From: Eledone cirrhosa
Lineage: Eukaryota
Direction: 5' to 3'
Assembly: GCA_964016885.1 (NCBI GenBank)
Contig: OZ024740.1
Span: forward strand, 182,032,001-182,096,000
Length of the DNA: 64,000 bases
The number at the start of each line of letters is the position of its first letter. The first letter of the stretch is position 1. The position numbers were made by a program, and so were the translations under genes. The notes under the pieces are model-generated. The model made no database searches. It saw nothing but the letters and a program-made list of their open reading frames with translations, and was not told the origin of the DNA. Below, piece by piece: positions 12,379-26,735 of this stretch.

Positions 12379-15159
12379 ATATATATATATATATACAAGG
12401 TCGTCTAACCCATGCTAGTGTGGAAGATAGACGTTAAACGATGATGATGAGGGTGAGCAAAAAGTCTTTATATGGCATGAAATTGTATATCATTTAGAGG
12501 TGCTCAGAATGACGAGTTCACTGAAGTTCATGTGTGAATGAACAAAACTTCTAGACATATGCTATAAGTGTACCAAAAACTGTTTTTCTATCTTATTTGT
12601 GTTTTGCTTGATAAAGTTATGAGGAGTGTCGGGTCATTTGGCCTTGCCATAACTTTCTCAAATAGAACTGTATTTTAGCAGTTTCTTTTTACAGCTAGAT
12701 GTCCTTCCTAACACCCACAATATTTACAGTGTGGAGCTTGATGGTCCCAATATGAGAAGAATCTGGACCTGTTTTGAAGGTCTGGCCGGTTGGCCACATC
12801 ATACCTGGATCAAAGCAGGATCTGTGTTTTGGCAGGTTTTTACAGCTGCTGGATGCCTTTCCTAACATCAACCATGTTTACAGTGTGGCACTGAGTGGTC
12901 TCACTTATGAGACAAGTCTGGCCAGTTAGCGATGCTGTACTTTGGTCATATGGGACTGAATGAAATGCTGATGGCAAACATCAGTGAGGGAAAACTGCCA
13001 ACGCATTTCTGGCTATGACCATTATCATTATCAGAACAGTGCTTCCCACGCTGTCTGCTGGAATTTCAAACAGGCGAAAATATATAGTTTATTCTCCTGT
13101 GTGAATATCTGAAGGATTGTAAGGATGATTTTTTTTGCTATATATATCTATACTGACATTTTACATAATGGAAGTGAAACTTCAATAGTAGCAATTGAAG
13201 AGAGTAAATTTCACAAGAGTCAGCCTTTCATTTTATTACTTTCTGGTTGATAAGTACCAGTAATGTACTGATGCTGAATCATACTTATATTTACTTCTCC
13301 CCATCCCTTTTTTTCTCTCTCCAAATGTTCCTTTGAAAGTAGTTTCATTGATTAATCGGTCCAATATCAGATTATTAAATCAATGAGCTGCCTTCTCAAT
13401 CAGAAAGAGCCAGCAGTGAATTGCTGACACAATAAACAACTGACAGCAATAAATGTGTAAGTTGAACACTCCACTGAAATTCAACTCAACACTTCAAAAT
13501 ATTTATAATTGTTTCTACTTTTGGCACAAGACCAGCAATTACCCAGTACACTACTGGTACTTTATTTTATCGACCCCGTAAGGATGAAAGGCAAAGTTAA
13601 AATGTGCAGATACTTGACTTCTGCCATGTCCTATTTGTTTACATTTAGGTAGACTGGCTTGTTATAAATTAAACATCTTTTCCATGAATATAGCTCAGTA
13701 AAAGAAGAAAGGGAGATGGGGAGGGACAAACACTCTACCCTAGTCTGAGCAGTACCTTAGCTGTATCCTATGGATAAAATGGCTAAAGCATTACTGTGGA
13801 GAATGGCTAGAAACACTTGATGCAACAGCCACCACAAATCATAGATCCCCTTGCTCTAGTGTGCTGCTGTCGTTTTGATTATTGTTTTATAGTCTGAGTT
13901 CAAATGCTGCCAGGCCTGACTCTGTCTTTTATCCCAGTAAATATTGAAAAAATATGTGCTAGACATAAAATGGAATGGGTTAATAAATATATAACATTTT
14001 ACCAATGTATAATATCTATACTATTTCGGTGTCCAAACTTAATCACAATCAAACTGCTGAAACAAGTAGAAAGAGTAAACTTATGATAATGCTTTTGGGC
14101 ATTTAAACCTATCCCTCAAGAATTCATACATACATTGTTAAACAGTTCCGATAATTAAATGATAATTGGACATATTTAATGTAAGAGAGATTAGTCATGA
14201 TTTGTTTTCTCAGCACTTCTTAAACCTCATAAAAGTCTTCAAAGAAAATTAAAATGAAGCATTAAGTGGCACAGTTGCTACTATTGAGGTTTCACTTCCA
14301 TTATGTCAAATGTCAGTATAGATATATAGCAAATACTTACAAAACTGTTTACACTTGCTCTGAACAAATGCATTCAGATAGCTAATTAGTTCGATCAGCC
14401 TGAATGTCAGACTAAAATTGTCTTCAGTTCGTAAAATTTGACCAAATGATTATTATTTTTAATGAAGATCTTTCCCCGGGAGGCAGAAAACTGATTGCTT
14501 TCTTCGAAATCTCAAGATAGAAGCCAATGTTATGTCAGTCTTGAGTAGACGTTCAATTCAATTTCTTGGTTATCTTCCAGCTCTTTTTTGCATTTTGGCT
14601 GATCATACATCAACAAAATAAAACCAGATGTGAATACCAGTTAGAATTGATTAAACAGACTAAATATTTGATTAATGAGATGTTGGTTTAAACAAAAAAA
14701 TAGTATATTTTTAATTTAAATAAACAATGTAGGTACACTATTACTGTGGAACTGTTCTTTGTCAATATTTGTCTGTTTGTGGTTGTTTATTCCTTTATTC
14801 CGTAATGAGTTTGAATGTTGATGTATGGTTCATAAAAAACCATCACACAGTAGCAGTCATCAGTATTAAATAAATGGCTCCAAAGATGTCATTGAATGAA
14901 ATTAATGTGGAATCTAGTTTCAGGTTGAATAAAGGAGCAGCACCTTTTTCACTTCTCTAGCAAACAGGAACACATTAGTTATATAGTGCTACTCTTTTTT
15001 ATGCAGAGCATAATCTATGTATGTATATATGTGTATATATATATATATGCTGTATAATATATAAACACCCCCCCACAAACATAGACACACACACATATAC
15101 ATATATATGTATATATATATATATACATATATATATATTTATACATATATACATATACA

Positions 15160-15633
15160 TATGGGACGAGGTGATAAAAACTGACCTTGCTCACTTACAC
15201 CTCTCTAAGATAATGTTACTGGATCGAGATCTTTGGCACTATGCAGTTGTACAGAAAACCTACCTTTCCTTGCTCACAAACAAAAAAGCTACAGTCAGCA
15301 GGAACCACTTAACCCAATATACACCCCACACAACCTACTCCATCCTCCCATTTCTGTCCACTGTAAAGTGTTCGTGTCGGTGACACAACAAAAGCACTCA
15401 GTCTACACTATAAAGTGGTCATGTAGGAGACACAGTAAAAAGGCTACCAATCCACAAAGTGAATGTGGTTAGTGTTAGGAAGGGCATCCAGCCATAGAAA
15501 CGCTGCCTGGGACAGTTCTGTACAAGCGAGACACAGTCTCCCGACCAATCCCATATCAGGTGGAACAAAACCGTGTAAGCCATGCTAGTGTAGAAGATGG
15601 ACATTAAATAATGATGATGATGATGATGATGAT
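15160..15633 (+). mobile_element. Non-autonomous RTE-related element
   Basis: Same layout as 11337-11803, ending CCATGCTAGTGTAGAAGATGGACATTAAATAATGATG. Confidence 0.65.
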
Positions 15634-15819
15634 ATATATATATATATATACAATATATTGAGAAACACACAGATACATGCGGACACACACATATACATGA
15701 ATATATCCACATCCATCCTTGAGTTAATGGTGCCAACCTTAACCGATGTTGCCCTATGAATAACTGGGACAAACCAATCCGAATGAATTAGACTGAACCA
15801 GTATCAGAGCTAAAAGTAC

Positions 15820-16523
<704 letters not shown>

Positions 16524-16789
16524 TGACTCTGTTTTCCTGTGATTTTCATCGAAAAATGTTTGAATACATCTTCCCTTTTCATGATATTTGGATTACATTG
16601 AGTTCTTCATACGGATTGGACACTACCGTATATTTTGGTAGATTTATCTACATATATATATATATTTTTATATTTACTCTTTTATCTGCTCGAGCCATAC
16701 AGCTGAAGCCATGCTGGGGCACCGCACTAGTTGCTACACATTCTATCTCCAGCTTGTGTTGGCTGGCCATTGGAGTAAGAGGGAGCTCG

Positions 16790-17545
16790 TTGCTGCTGCT
16801 TTTAGGTTACCTTCGTAACATTCTGTGGGCTCATACTTCATACGTATCACATGTCCATACCAATGCAACCTCCTCTCCTGCACACTGCATTTGATTCCTT
16901 TTATGCTCAGTCTCTCTCTCAATTCGTTTATGCTTTGCAATTTGTGTATATTACTATTACACATCCATCAAAGCATGCAAGCTTTGTTTCTTTCTAATCT
17001 AAACAAGTCTTCTTCAGACAGCACCCAGGTCTCACTATCATGTAACATTTGTGTTCGTATACACACATCATACAGTCTGCCTTTCATTTTGAGAGAAAAG
17101 CCTTTTGCAGCTAGCAGTGGCAGTAGCTCCGTGAACTTCTTCCATCCCATTCTTACCCTGGTTACTGTACTTTCCGAACGCCCACCTCCACTGCTAATTC
17201 GGTCACCTAGGTAGCAAAAGTTGTCTACTGTTTCTACAGAGCCCTCCCAGAGTTTGGTTGTGCTTGTTTCCTGTGGCCGTCTGGTGCCTGATGTTCCATG
17301 TCAAGCCTACATTCTTAGCTAAGCTTTCTGAGATCCCACTACATCTCTTGTGTACACATTGTTTGCATTTGTAGCAGAGGATGGAGTTCTTACCGACACC
17401 TTTCTTACATACTGAGCAAGGCCATTTCCATGAGAGGATCTGGGTTCTGTTTTCTCGTCTACTTACGAGGACTTTAGTCTTTGGCAGATTCACTTTGAGA
17501 CCCTTTCTTTCTAGTCTCTGCTTCCATGTTTGGAATTTCTGTATT
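16790..17545 (-). mobile_element. RTE LINE RT C-terminal fragment
   Basis: ORFs with [50 protein letters not shown]. Confidence 0.9.
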
Positions 17546-18803
17546 TTTAACTGTTGGTCAATTAATGAGAAACATTGATTGCCAGATAAATTATGTATGG
17601 AGGTATAAAAGATACAGAGGTGAAAACCAATCTAAACCAAATAGTGGGTGTGTTTTATGATTATTTCTGGCAATATTATAACAATATGTTCCTCCCCAAA
17701 TATAACAATATTTGTTTCAACACACGATTTCATATATATTTTGGTAACTGTTACGCAACAGTTATGACTTCATCAGACAACTATTAGTCTAACAGAATAA
17801 GTATGAAGATTACTCCTATTGTTTCAATTCATTCGTATGTTCTAGGCTAATCAATGGTGCAGCTATCTGAAAGCCCCGGTGACATATGACTTAGAATAAA
17901 TAGCCTCACAGCATCAACACAAAGGTTATACGTGGGCCCTAGCTATTAATCTGAGGTAGTTCCACCACCATAACATCAAGCCATTGTGAATGCATTAGTG
18001 TCACCATGGTCTGAGATTGGCCATCTATTCATGAGGAACCAGGTCATTCACAGATGATTAGGGACTGTAGTAGTAGTGGCAGTAGCGATAATATAATATA
18101 ACCTACCTCACCAATATGTAATACACATTAACTGAGAAATAGTGTTGACATATAGGAATGATAAAACAGAACAAAGTAAAATAAAGTAAAATAAAGTTTG
18201 AAGATAGATGACTATTAAATGAATAAGGAATAGATCACAAGTGAAAAGTAAGAGTAAATTTACAGAAGTAGAAACTAAAAACAGAATAAACAAAAAGGAA
18301 ACAAAAAAAACAAGAATGACAAAAAGGTGAGAGGTGTTAAAAGTACAAAGATTAGATTATGCCAAATCCTAATATGTATCACACAATCGATAGTCGTACA
18401 GAGATATAAAATATGCTAAGAAATGTATTTTATTTTCATAGGCATGAGGAAAGACGTGTTCCTAGAATTATTATCTAAATAATGTTTTTTTCTCAGGGTT
18501 AATACAAACATTACTACACGTGAAGATATTTGCCAGCCCAAAATCCAGCATGATCCTGGTGTGTGTCTGATTCCTAAGGAACAAGTTTGGGAAATCTACC
18601 AGCTCTCACAGTAGGTCAAACAGCATTGCCTCTTGGAGTTTCACGTTACATATCTTGGATAGGTGGTTGGAATGCTCGAGGGGTTGCATGTAGTGAGATA
18701 TATAAACAAGATGAGGTCTCCCCCACTCATTTTGTCTTGGACTCTGATAAACTACCTAGGCCATACCAGCATGGAAGGTAGACATAAAATCTATGATGAT
18801 GAC

Positions 18804-18838
<35 letters not shown>

Positions 18839-19058
18839 CGGGGTAACAGATTATTGTTATAGGTAGTCCACTTAGGTGTAGTCCAGTTAGGGTACTCCGA
18901 GTAGTGGATGATATCAACGCTTGGCTAAGTTTGACTCAACAAGACGTTTCCATAGCGATGCCGTGAGTGCGCGGTAATTTCTATGTTGTTAAGACTTGGA
19001 GTAATGATAAATCAGGAAAGAAGAGTGACACGGTTTGCTATACAAAAAAGGTTTTTAA

Positions 19059-19179
19059 TCTCATTGCTGACAATTGTTTCTCTGAACTGGTAGGTCTAGA
19101 GATCGCTACCCGCTTGTTTTCACGTCATTCGATCACCAATACATAGTTGTAACCAGTCAATTCATCGGAGCTTGTGAGA
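19059..19179 (-). ncRNA. Hammerhead-like ribozyme, CCGAUGA core (family E)
   Basis: Minus: gct-CCGATGA-..ctggt..accag..-GAAA-caattg-TC^agc. Confidence 0.55.
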
Positions 19180-19206
19180 ATGAAAGGGATATACAGGCAT
19201 GGCTAC

Positions 19207-19297
19207 TATATATAGTATTAATTGTTTCTACTTTTAGACACAATGCCAGCAATTACCTAGTGCATTACTGGTACTTTATTTTATATATAGTATTAAT
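19207..19297 (-). mobile_element. 5'-truncated Nin/Deu-like SINE with 16-bp TSD
   Basis: TATATATAGTATTAAT at 19207-22 and 19282-97 around the SINE 3' end; absent from the sister pLTR at about 26690. Confidence 0.8.
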
Positions 19298-19463
19298 GGC
19301 ATTCAATCAGAACAATAACAACAATACTAACAATGTTAGCAATAAATTATTTGAAATAATCCCAACATCAATCTAGGTAAGAAACATAGTATATGTACGA
19401 TTTTAGCGTGTAAAACTAGCTAACATGAGGCAGATGTATAAAATCGACATGTAAAAGCTGTCA

Positions 19464-19636
19464 TGCGGTGTAGAGGGTCGGACGCCATGCTTTCCAGCAT
19501 AAGTACGCCCCTTTACGATCTGAGTTCAAATCCCGCCGAGGTTGACTTTGCCTTTCATCCTTACGGGGTCGATAAAATAAAGTACCAGTAATGCACTGAG
19601 TAATTGCTGGCCTTGTGCCTAAAGGAGAAACAATTA
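19464..19636 (+). mobile_element. tRNA-derived SINE, Nin/Deu-like central domain
   Basis: GAGTTCAAATCCC B box; GTTGACTTTGCCTTTCATCCTTACGGGGTCGATAAAATAAAGTACCAG; GAAACAATTA tail. Confidence 0.8.
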
Positions 19637-19959
19637 TATATAGTGTAGAGATAAGCCGGTGGTTTTAAACAATGAACCATTTCCTTTACTGTAGGTCTGG
19701 TGGCCGTAAGAATTATTTATTATCTGACAGATGAAATATTTATCACTGTAGTGAGGGTAGTAATATTTGCGGTGTGAGGTGGGTTCAATATTTATGCGGT
19801 CTATGTTAGATGAAGGGACTGTTAGTTCGAATCAAGGGGTTGTTTAGCTTTCACATCATCAATAATATACATGTATAAGATAACATTAACAGAGAAGCAA
19901 TATAATAGATAAGTCAATATAGAGGTTAAGGAGGCAATATATATATATATATATATATA

Positions 19960-20800
19960 TATTGTTATACTTTGGGAGGGTCATGCTGCCAATAAGAAAC
20001 ACACGCACCAGTAGCTTTCACTTTAATTTATTATAATAAATTTATAAATTTAGGAATTTATAAATTTCTGGTTGGATGGTTGATTCCACAACCAGATGAT
20101 TGTTTATATATTGTCAAAATTCTTTCGTCACACATTCTGTGATCTCTTCAGTGACTGGGGATTCTTTTCTTTTTTGTTGTGCCTCTCCTTTGTTCTGTCC
20201 TACGCCATTTTGTTTTTGTGTGTGTGTTGTGTGCTTAGTTTGCGCATGTGTTACATGCGGGTGTCTGTGTGTGTTATATTCGTTTATTTATTTGTTTATT
20301 TATATGTTACTGGTTGGTTGTTTGTTCTACGTTCGTGTGTGTTTTCCAACCAAAGCTAAATAGAAAACAGGAGTGGAACAGCAACATCACAACTTACAAT
20401 TAAGGAGAAATGTAAACACACACGCACATAGAACAAACAACCAACCAGTAACATGTAAATAAACAAATAAATAAACGAATATAAACACACACAGACACCC
20501 GGATGTAACACATGCGCAAACTAAGCACACAACACACACACAAAAACAAGATGGCGTAGAACAGAACAAAGGAGAGGCACGAAAACAAAGAAAATAATCC
20601 CCAGTCACTGAAGAGGTCACAGAATGTGTTACGAAAGAACTTTGACAATACATAAACAATCATCTGCTTGTGGAACCAACCAATCAACCGGAAATTTATA
20701 AATTCCTAAATTTATAAATATATTATAATAAATTGAAGTGAAAGCCTAGGTGCGTGTGTTTCTTATTGGCAACATGACTCTCCCAAAGTATAACAATATC
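19960..20800. mobile_element. Fold-back PLE pseudo-LTR insertion (family F; about 385-bp arms)
   Basis: 19960-20344 is inverted at about 20415-20798, roughly 90% identical; begins at (TA)n. Confidence 0.8.
20604..20646 (+). ncRNA. Minimal hammerhead ribozyme (mirror copy 20113-20155, minus)
   Basis: gtca-CTGAAGA-ggtcacagaatgtgttac-GAAA-gaac-TT^tgac. Confidence 0.6.
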
Positions 20801-20869
20801 AGTTTCAACACACGTTTTCAGATAAAGAATCTTGCTAAACAAATTTAGAAACGAAATATATATATATAT

Positions 20870-21260
20870 ATAATAACAACATCAACACCATTGTCTGCAG
20901 CAACAGCAGCAGTGAAATGAAGAAGAACAAAAACAACAGCGACAACAACAACAACAACAACAACAACATCGACAACAACAGCAACAACACCATTGTCTGT
21001 GTTGAATGTGTGTGTATGTATGTATTTATATATATGCGACTACAATAACAGCATCAACACCATTGTCTGCAGCATCAGTGAAATGAAGAACAACAACAAC
21101 GGCAGCAGCAGCAGCAACAACAACAACAACAGCAACAGCAGCAGCAACTACAATAACAACTACAGCAACAACTGCCACCACCATCACTGACGATCCACCA
21201 CCACCACCATCACCATACTGACACCATCCACCACCATTCACCACCACCACCACCATTACC
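20870..21260. repeat. (CAA/CAG/CAC)n low-complexity tract with internal duplication
   Basis: Trinucleotide runs; catcaacaccattgtctgcagca..cagtgaaatgaagaa occurs twice. Confidence 0.85.
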
Positions 21261-21389
21261 AGCGTAAAGCAAACAATTCTTATTATTATTATATAAAAAC
21301 TGAACTGGACTGGGAAAAGTCTACAGTTGACATGATTTTGATTTTGTATATGTATCAGTACTGCCGGTAATAATATATATATATATATG

Positions 21390-24300
21390 TGTGTTTGTGA
21401 GTGGTGTGTGTGTTTGTATGCATGAATGAGTGTTGGTATGTGAGTGGAGTGTGTGTGTTTGTGGTTTGTATGCATGAGTGTTGATGTGTGAGTGTGTTGG
21501 TGTGTGAGTGTGCGTCGTGTCAATAATTTTTTTTTTTTTTAAGACCTTGCTGTAAAATGGAGGGGTAGAGAGGGCCCTTGAGTCTAGTAAGACATCCTCT
21601 CTAGTGCTGGTGGCACAAATAAAAGTACCCACTCCATGCTGTAAAGTGGCGCTGGTGTTAGGAAGGGCATCCAACCAGTGTATCAATGCCAAAACGCTTA
21701 TCAGCACAGCAACAAATAGAAACAACAACAAAATATGAAGACGTCGCATCTCAGAGTTGCAACACTTAATGTTGGCACTCTCAGAGGTAGATCTGCTGAA
21801 ATAGCGGAGATGCTGGAGAGAAGGCAGGTGGATGTGTGCTGCGTGCAAGAGGTGAGATGGAGAGGGGCCTCTGCAAGACTAGTCGTAGGCAAACGTCTTA
21901 GCTATAAGCTATTCTGGGTAGGTAAGGATGATGGGTTAGGTGGAGTAGGCATTTTCCTGGCTGAGAAATGGATCAATAAGACAATAGATGTGGTTCGAGT
22001 TAGTAATCGAATAATTAAGCTTAGAGTAGTTGTAGGCAGGAGACTACTGACAATCATCTCGGCCTATGCTCCCCAAGCAGGCCTAGGGAAAGATGAGAAA
22101 GACTGCTTTTACGAGCAACTTTTACAAACAACCGCAATGACAGAGGACGGAGACATCGTTATGCTAGCAGGAGACTTCAATGGTCATGTTGGACAGCTCC
22201 AGGATGGTTACACTGGGGCACATGGTGGGCACGGTTAGGGCTCAAGAAATGAAGAAGGAGTGAGACTTCTTGAATTTTGTGATGCAGGTACATTGACTAT
22301 TTGCAACACAAACTTCCAGAAAACTGCCAATCACCTAATAACCTACAAATCTGGTGAGCACATAAGCCAGATTGACTTCTTACTAGTTAGGCAGCGGACA
22401 GGCAGATAGTGTCTAATACCAAGGCATACCCTGGGGAAGAATGTACACCACAGCATAGGTTAGTCGTTAGTGATATCTCAGTAAGCAAGAGATGGGATGA
22501 GACATATAGGAAGGTGTGGAGAAGAAAGGTCTGGAAGCTAAAAGACCTTTCGCTAAAATACAAATTTAGGAAAGCCCTTCAAGATGTATATGACGAAAAA
22601 GAAGACGATTTAGAGACGTATGACATAGATAATAACTGGAATTTCTTACGTGACAACTTGTTGCAGGCTACTGATGAAACTTGTGGCTGAAGCAGAGCTC
22701 CAACCAGACAGAGAGTGACTTGGTGGTGGAACAGCACAGTAGATAAGGCAATTAAAGACAAAAGACTAGCATGGAAGTCTTGGGAAAAGGGTGGGAGTAG
22801 GGAAGAATATACAGCCACTAAGAGAGAAGCTAGACGTCAGGTGCACTTAGCACGCAGGGAGGCGGAGAGTAGGAGGTTTTCTAATGTTCTACGACGGGAA
22901 GATCAGAGGCGTGCGGTGTTCCACATTGAAAGGCAGTGTGTCAATGCAAATCAGGATGTTGTTGGAGATAAATGTATCCGGGATGATGCCAGTGTACTTA
23001 GTGTCACGAATGATCAGAAAAAGGAGGTCTGGAAATGTCATTATGAGAGACTAATGAATGTGGAGAACGAATGTGAGAGAGAAAAATTACCTTTAATAGA
23101 TCCGACAGAGGGACCAGCTATTGAGATTGACGAATATAGGGTCCAAGAGGCGATTAGGGAAATGAAAAATGGTAAGGCTGCTGGACCATCGGGAATAGTT
23201 GCTGACATGCTGAAGGCATCAGGGTACGTAGGCACTAAACTGGTTGCACGCATCATCAATCAGGCTATATAAGGTGGTGTCATACCCAAAGACTGGTCCA
23301 GCAGTATTCTCATAAATTGCTACAAAGGTAAAGGGGGTGCTCTGGAGAGGAGCAATTATAGGGGTATAAAACTGATAGATCAGGTTATGAAAGTAGCAGA
23401 AAGGATATTAGCACAACTAATTAGAGAAAGGGTCAAACTAGACGAGATGCAGTTTGGTTTTGTGCCTGGGAAGAGTACAACAGATGCCCTCTTCTTGGTG
23501 AGACAATTGCAAGAGAGGTTCTTAGAGAAACATAAGCCACTATGCTTAGCCTTTGTTAACCTAGAGAAGGCCTTTGATAGGGTACACCGATCTGTCATCT
23601 GGTGGGCCCTAAGGAAGTTAGGTGTTGAGGAATGGCTTGTGAGGACAGTGCAAACTTTGTACAGAGGTACTCTCAGTAAAGTCAGGGTAGGAATGGAGAT
23701 TAGTGAGGAATTCCAGATACAAGTAGGAGTACATCAGGGTTCGGTCCTCAGCCCGCTCTTGTTCATTATAGTCCTCCAAGCCATAACAGAGGAGTTTAAG
23801 ACTGGCTGTCCATGGGAACTTCTCTATGCTGACGATCTGGTTCTTATAGCAGAATCAGTAGAGGAGCTAGAGAATAAATTCTGGCTATGGAAACAGCAGT
23901 TGGACGCAAGAGGACTGGGAGTGAACCTAGCTAAGACAAAAGTTTTGATGAGTAGAAAAGAGGACAACACCCTGATTCCGTCAGGGAAATGGCCTTGTTC
24001 GATATTCAGAAAAGGAACTGGCATAAATTCTATAAAATGCACACAATACAGATCCTGGGTACACAAGAGAAGTAGCGGGATAGCAGGCAAACTAACAGGT
24101 AGGGAGAAATATGTATGCAGTAGATGTACAGGGAAATTAGACAGTAGAAGTCGCATTGATAGACACATTTTTCAAATGCAGGAGGGCGCTATAGAAGTGG
24201 TGGATAGCTTCCGGTACCTAGGAGATCAGATTAGCATGGGAGGAGTGTGTTCCGAGGCCATAGTATCTAGAATAAGGACGTGTTGGAAGAAGTTTAGGGA

Positions 24301-24820
24301 CCTGCTTCCTCTGTTGACGAAGAAGGGTTTCTCCCTGCGTACAAAAGGCCGGTTGTATGATGCCTGTGTGATGAGCGCGATGCTGCCTGGTAGTGAGACA
24401 TGGGCAGCAACTGCAGAGGATATGCGACGGCTGGAGAGAAATGAGGCAAGCATGCTCCGTTGGATGTGCAGTGATAATGTGCGTGAACGACCCAGCATAA
24501 ATGAGTTGAGAGTGATACTGTGTCTGAGAGGGATAGAATGTAGTGTACGGGAGAGGAGACTGAGGTGGTATGCACATGTGATGCGCATGGAGGATCACCG
24601 ATGTGTGAAGAAGTGCCAGGAAATCCCAGTTGAAGGAAGACGTGGTAGAGGTAGACCACGAAAAACATGGGCGGAGGGGGTGAGAACAGATCTCAGATCA
24701 TTGAAGCTCACGGTGGAGATGACGAGGGACCGTGACGAGTGGAGAGATGCTGTGCTGAATAAGACCCATCCCACCCTTGCAAGCAGGGAAAAGCGGACGT
24801 AAAATGATGATGATGATGAT
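21390..24820 (+). mobile_element. Near-full-length RTE-clade non-LTR retrotransposon
   Basis: 5'UTR module GTTAGGAAGGGCATCC, single APE-RT ORF, (GAT)n tail; 5' boundary approximate. Confidence 0.92.
21735..24802 (+). pseudogene. RTE APE endonuclease-reverse transcriptase, disrupted
   Basis: APE motifs ATLNVGT, CVQE, SAYAPQ, GDFNGH; RT motifs QFGF, KAFD, GVHQGSVLSP, YADD; stops at 22236, 22688, 23270 and a frameshift near 22400. Confidence 0.93.
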
Positions 24821-25113
24821 ATATAAAGAGAAAACATGCTGACTACAATTATGACAGGAGGAAGGTGATGTTCTACTGTAGTAGTATTCTGAAATGTTCT
24901 TGGATTTAGGTTCATTTGTTGAGAGTCAAGTATGAGTAAGTTGTGTTGACAGCAGCTGAGAAGGCATATATTTATGGGTTCATAAGGTACTTACAGACAT
25001 TACTGCGGTATAGAATTAAGAAGATTAGAATGTACTTAATGATTATATTTCTGTGGTGGTGCGTGCAGTATTGTGGATATCATAAGTTGAAAGCTAAGTT
25101 ATGTCGATTCGAT

Positions 25114-26546
25114 TCACGGAGGCTTAAATCTTGTGAATTTAGTGGCGATCCTGTGTCTGCAGAAGATTGAGCTTTCTCACTTGTTGTTGAGTAGACTTTT
25201 TACATTCCTAAGGATATATAGTAATTCTAGATCACAGAGCTACAGTGGGACATACCGGTACTGTATGCCAGTTGATATTGTAGTTGGTGTAATTGTCCTT
25301 AAGTTCCCAGATTTTTTTGGCGAGGGTTGTAGAACCCATAAGTGCAATTTTTTTCATCGAGTGTCTGTGCCCATACCATCTTTTTTTAAAGAGCCTGCGG
25401 TGGATCCAATGTAATGCCAAGTGGAGTTGCCGAGTTGACCGTACACATGTACACTAGGCTCGAATCAAGGCATCTATTCGCCAATGGGCACGTATCCGGT
25501 AGGTGACAGTTACAGTTTGAGGTGTTATTAGGTGGAGCTTTCACACTGCTGTTTTGTACACTGCTATGAGTGGGGTTGTGATTTATGCCCGTTGGGGTTT
25601 TGCTGCTGCGTGCTTGTATGCGTTTGCGGTTATAATACTGTGATGTGCTTATGTTTATAATTTGGTGCTATGTTGCGCATAGGTGGGGAGGATTCCCTAG
25701 AGGTATTTCTGTGGTTGATCTTGCGTATGTGCGATTCTATATTTGCTGCCGTAGAGTATGAGAGTTTTATAGTTTTTCTATTGAGGATTTTATGATATCT
25801 ATGTGATATAGGGAAGTGTTTATCTATTAGTTTAAAGAACGTAGAAGGCAGTCTAGTTTTAACAGAGGAGTTTAAGATTGGATTGAACCACAGGTATTTT
25901 CTTTCTCTGATTCTTCTATTGTTTCTAGGGTTTACATTATTGGTGTTTGGACCACTTACCCTAGGTACTACGTGCCTAACTCTATGTCTAGTCCTGTTAT
26001 CTCTATTTTTGCGTGAGCGGTTGATGTAATTGTTAATAGGTTTGTTTAAGTTGTCTTTATTCGTTATAAACTGCAGCTTATCTTTATGTCCGCCCTATGT
26101 AATGCCGCGTTATAATAGTTAGCATGTTCATTAAACATTTCTAGGTTTGAGGATAAGCGGGATATTCTAAGGGATATACTACGTGCTATGGATCTGATTA
26201 TGGATTTGGGGTGGTTTGAGTTATAACTAATGTAGGCCAGATTCTCATTATTTTTGTGGAAGGGTTCTATTAATCCCGTATTTAGATTTAGAGTCACATC
26301 TAGAAAGTTTACCTTTTAATGGTTCAGTTCGTAGGTAATACTTAGGCCTAGTTTTTTGAAGAATATTCTAATGTTTTTTCTTAGTCTTTCCATGCTCTGG
26401 TTGTTTAAGTTCCTAGCTATAAGGAGCGTGTTGTCTCTATAAATCCCTCATTGGAGGTTACTGAATTTCTTATGTAGTTTGTGTGCTATAAATAGCCCCA
26501 CGACGTCAATGATTTGCGCAGAGTCATTTGATCCCATTGTGATATC
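25114..26546 (-). pseudogene. Naiad PLE RT C-half + GIY-YIG endonuclease, degraded
   Basis: DITMGSNDSAQI, FLDVTLNL, SNHP, WFNP, CNC..CPL..CL, YIGST, LC.LE..LN..CRH; several frameshifts. Confidence 0.88.
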
Positions 26547-26735
26547 TAGCTGACATCTGCCTCATGTCAGCTAGTTTTACACGCTAAAATCGTAGATATA
26601 CTATGTTTCCTACCTAGATTGATGTTGTGATTATTTCAAATAATTTATTGCTAGCATTGTTAGTATTGTTGTTAGATTTCTGATTGAATGCAAGTACTAC
26701 TATATATAGTAGCCATGCCTGTATATCCCTTTCAT

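Noticed and set aside
20993-21523. Poly-N/S/H or poly-V/A ORFs
   Set aside because: Trinucleotide low complexity inside nested repeats
25160-25260. In-frame TGA in the Naiad endonuclease as possible selenocysteine (some Naiads are selenoproteins)
   Set aside because: The TGA sits at an Arg-like position in LNxx(R)E, consistent with CGA>TGA decay. Conserved cysteines use TGT/TGC in all three Naiads, and the copy is frameshifted
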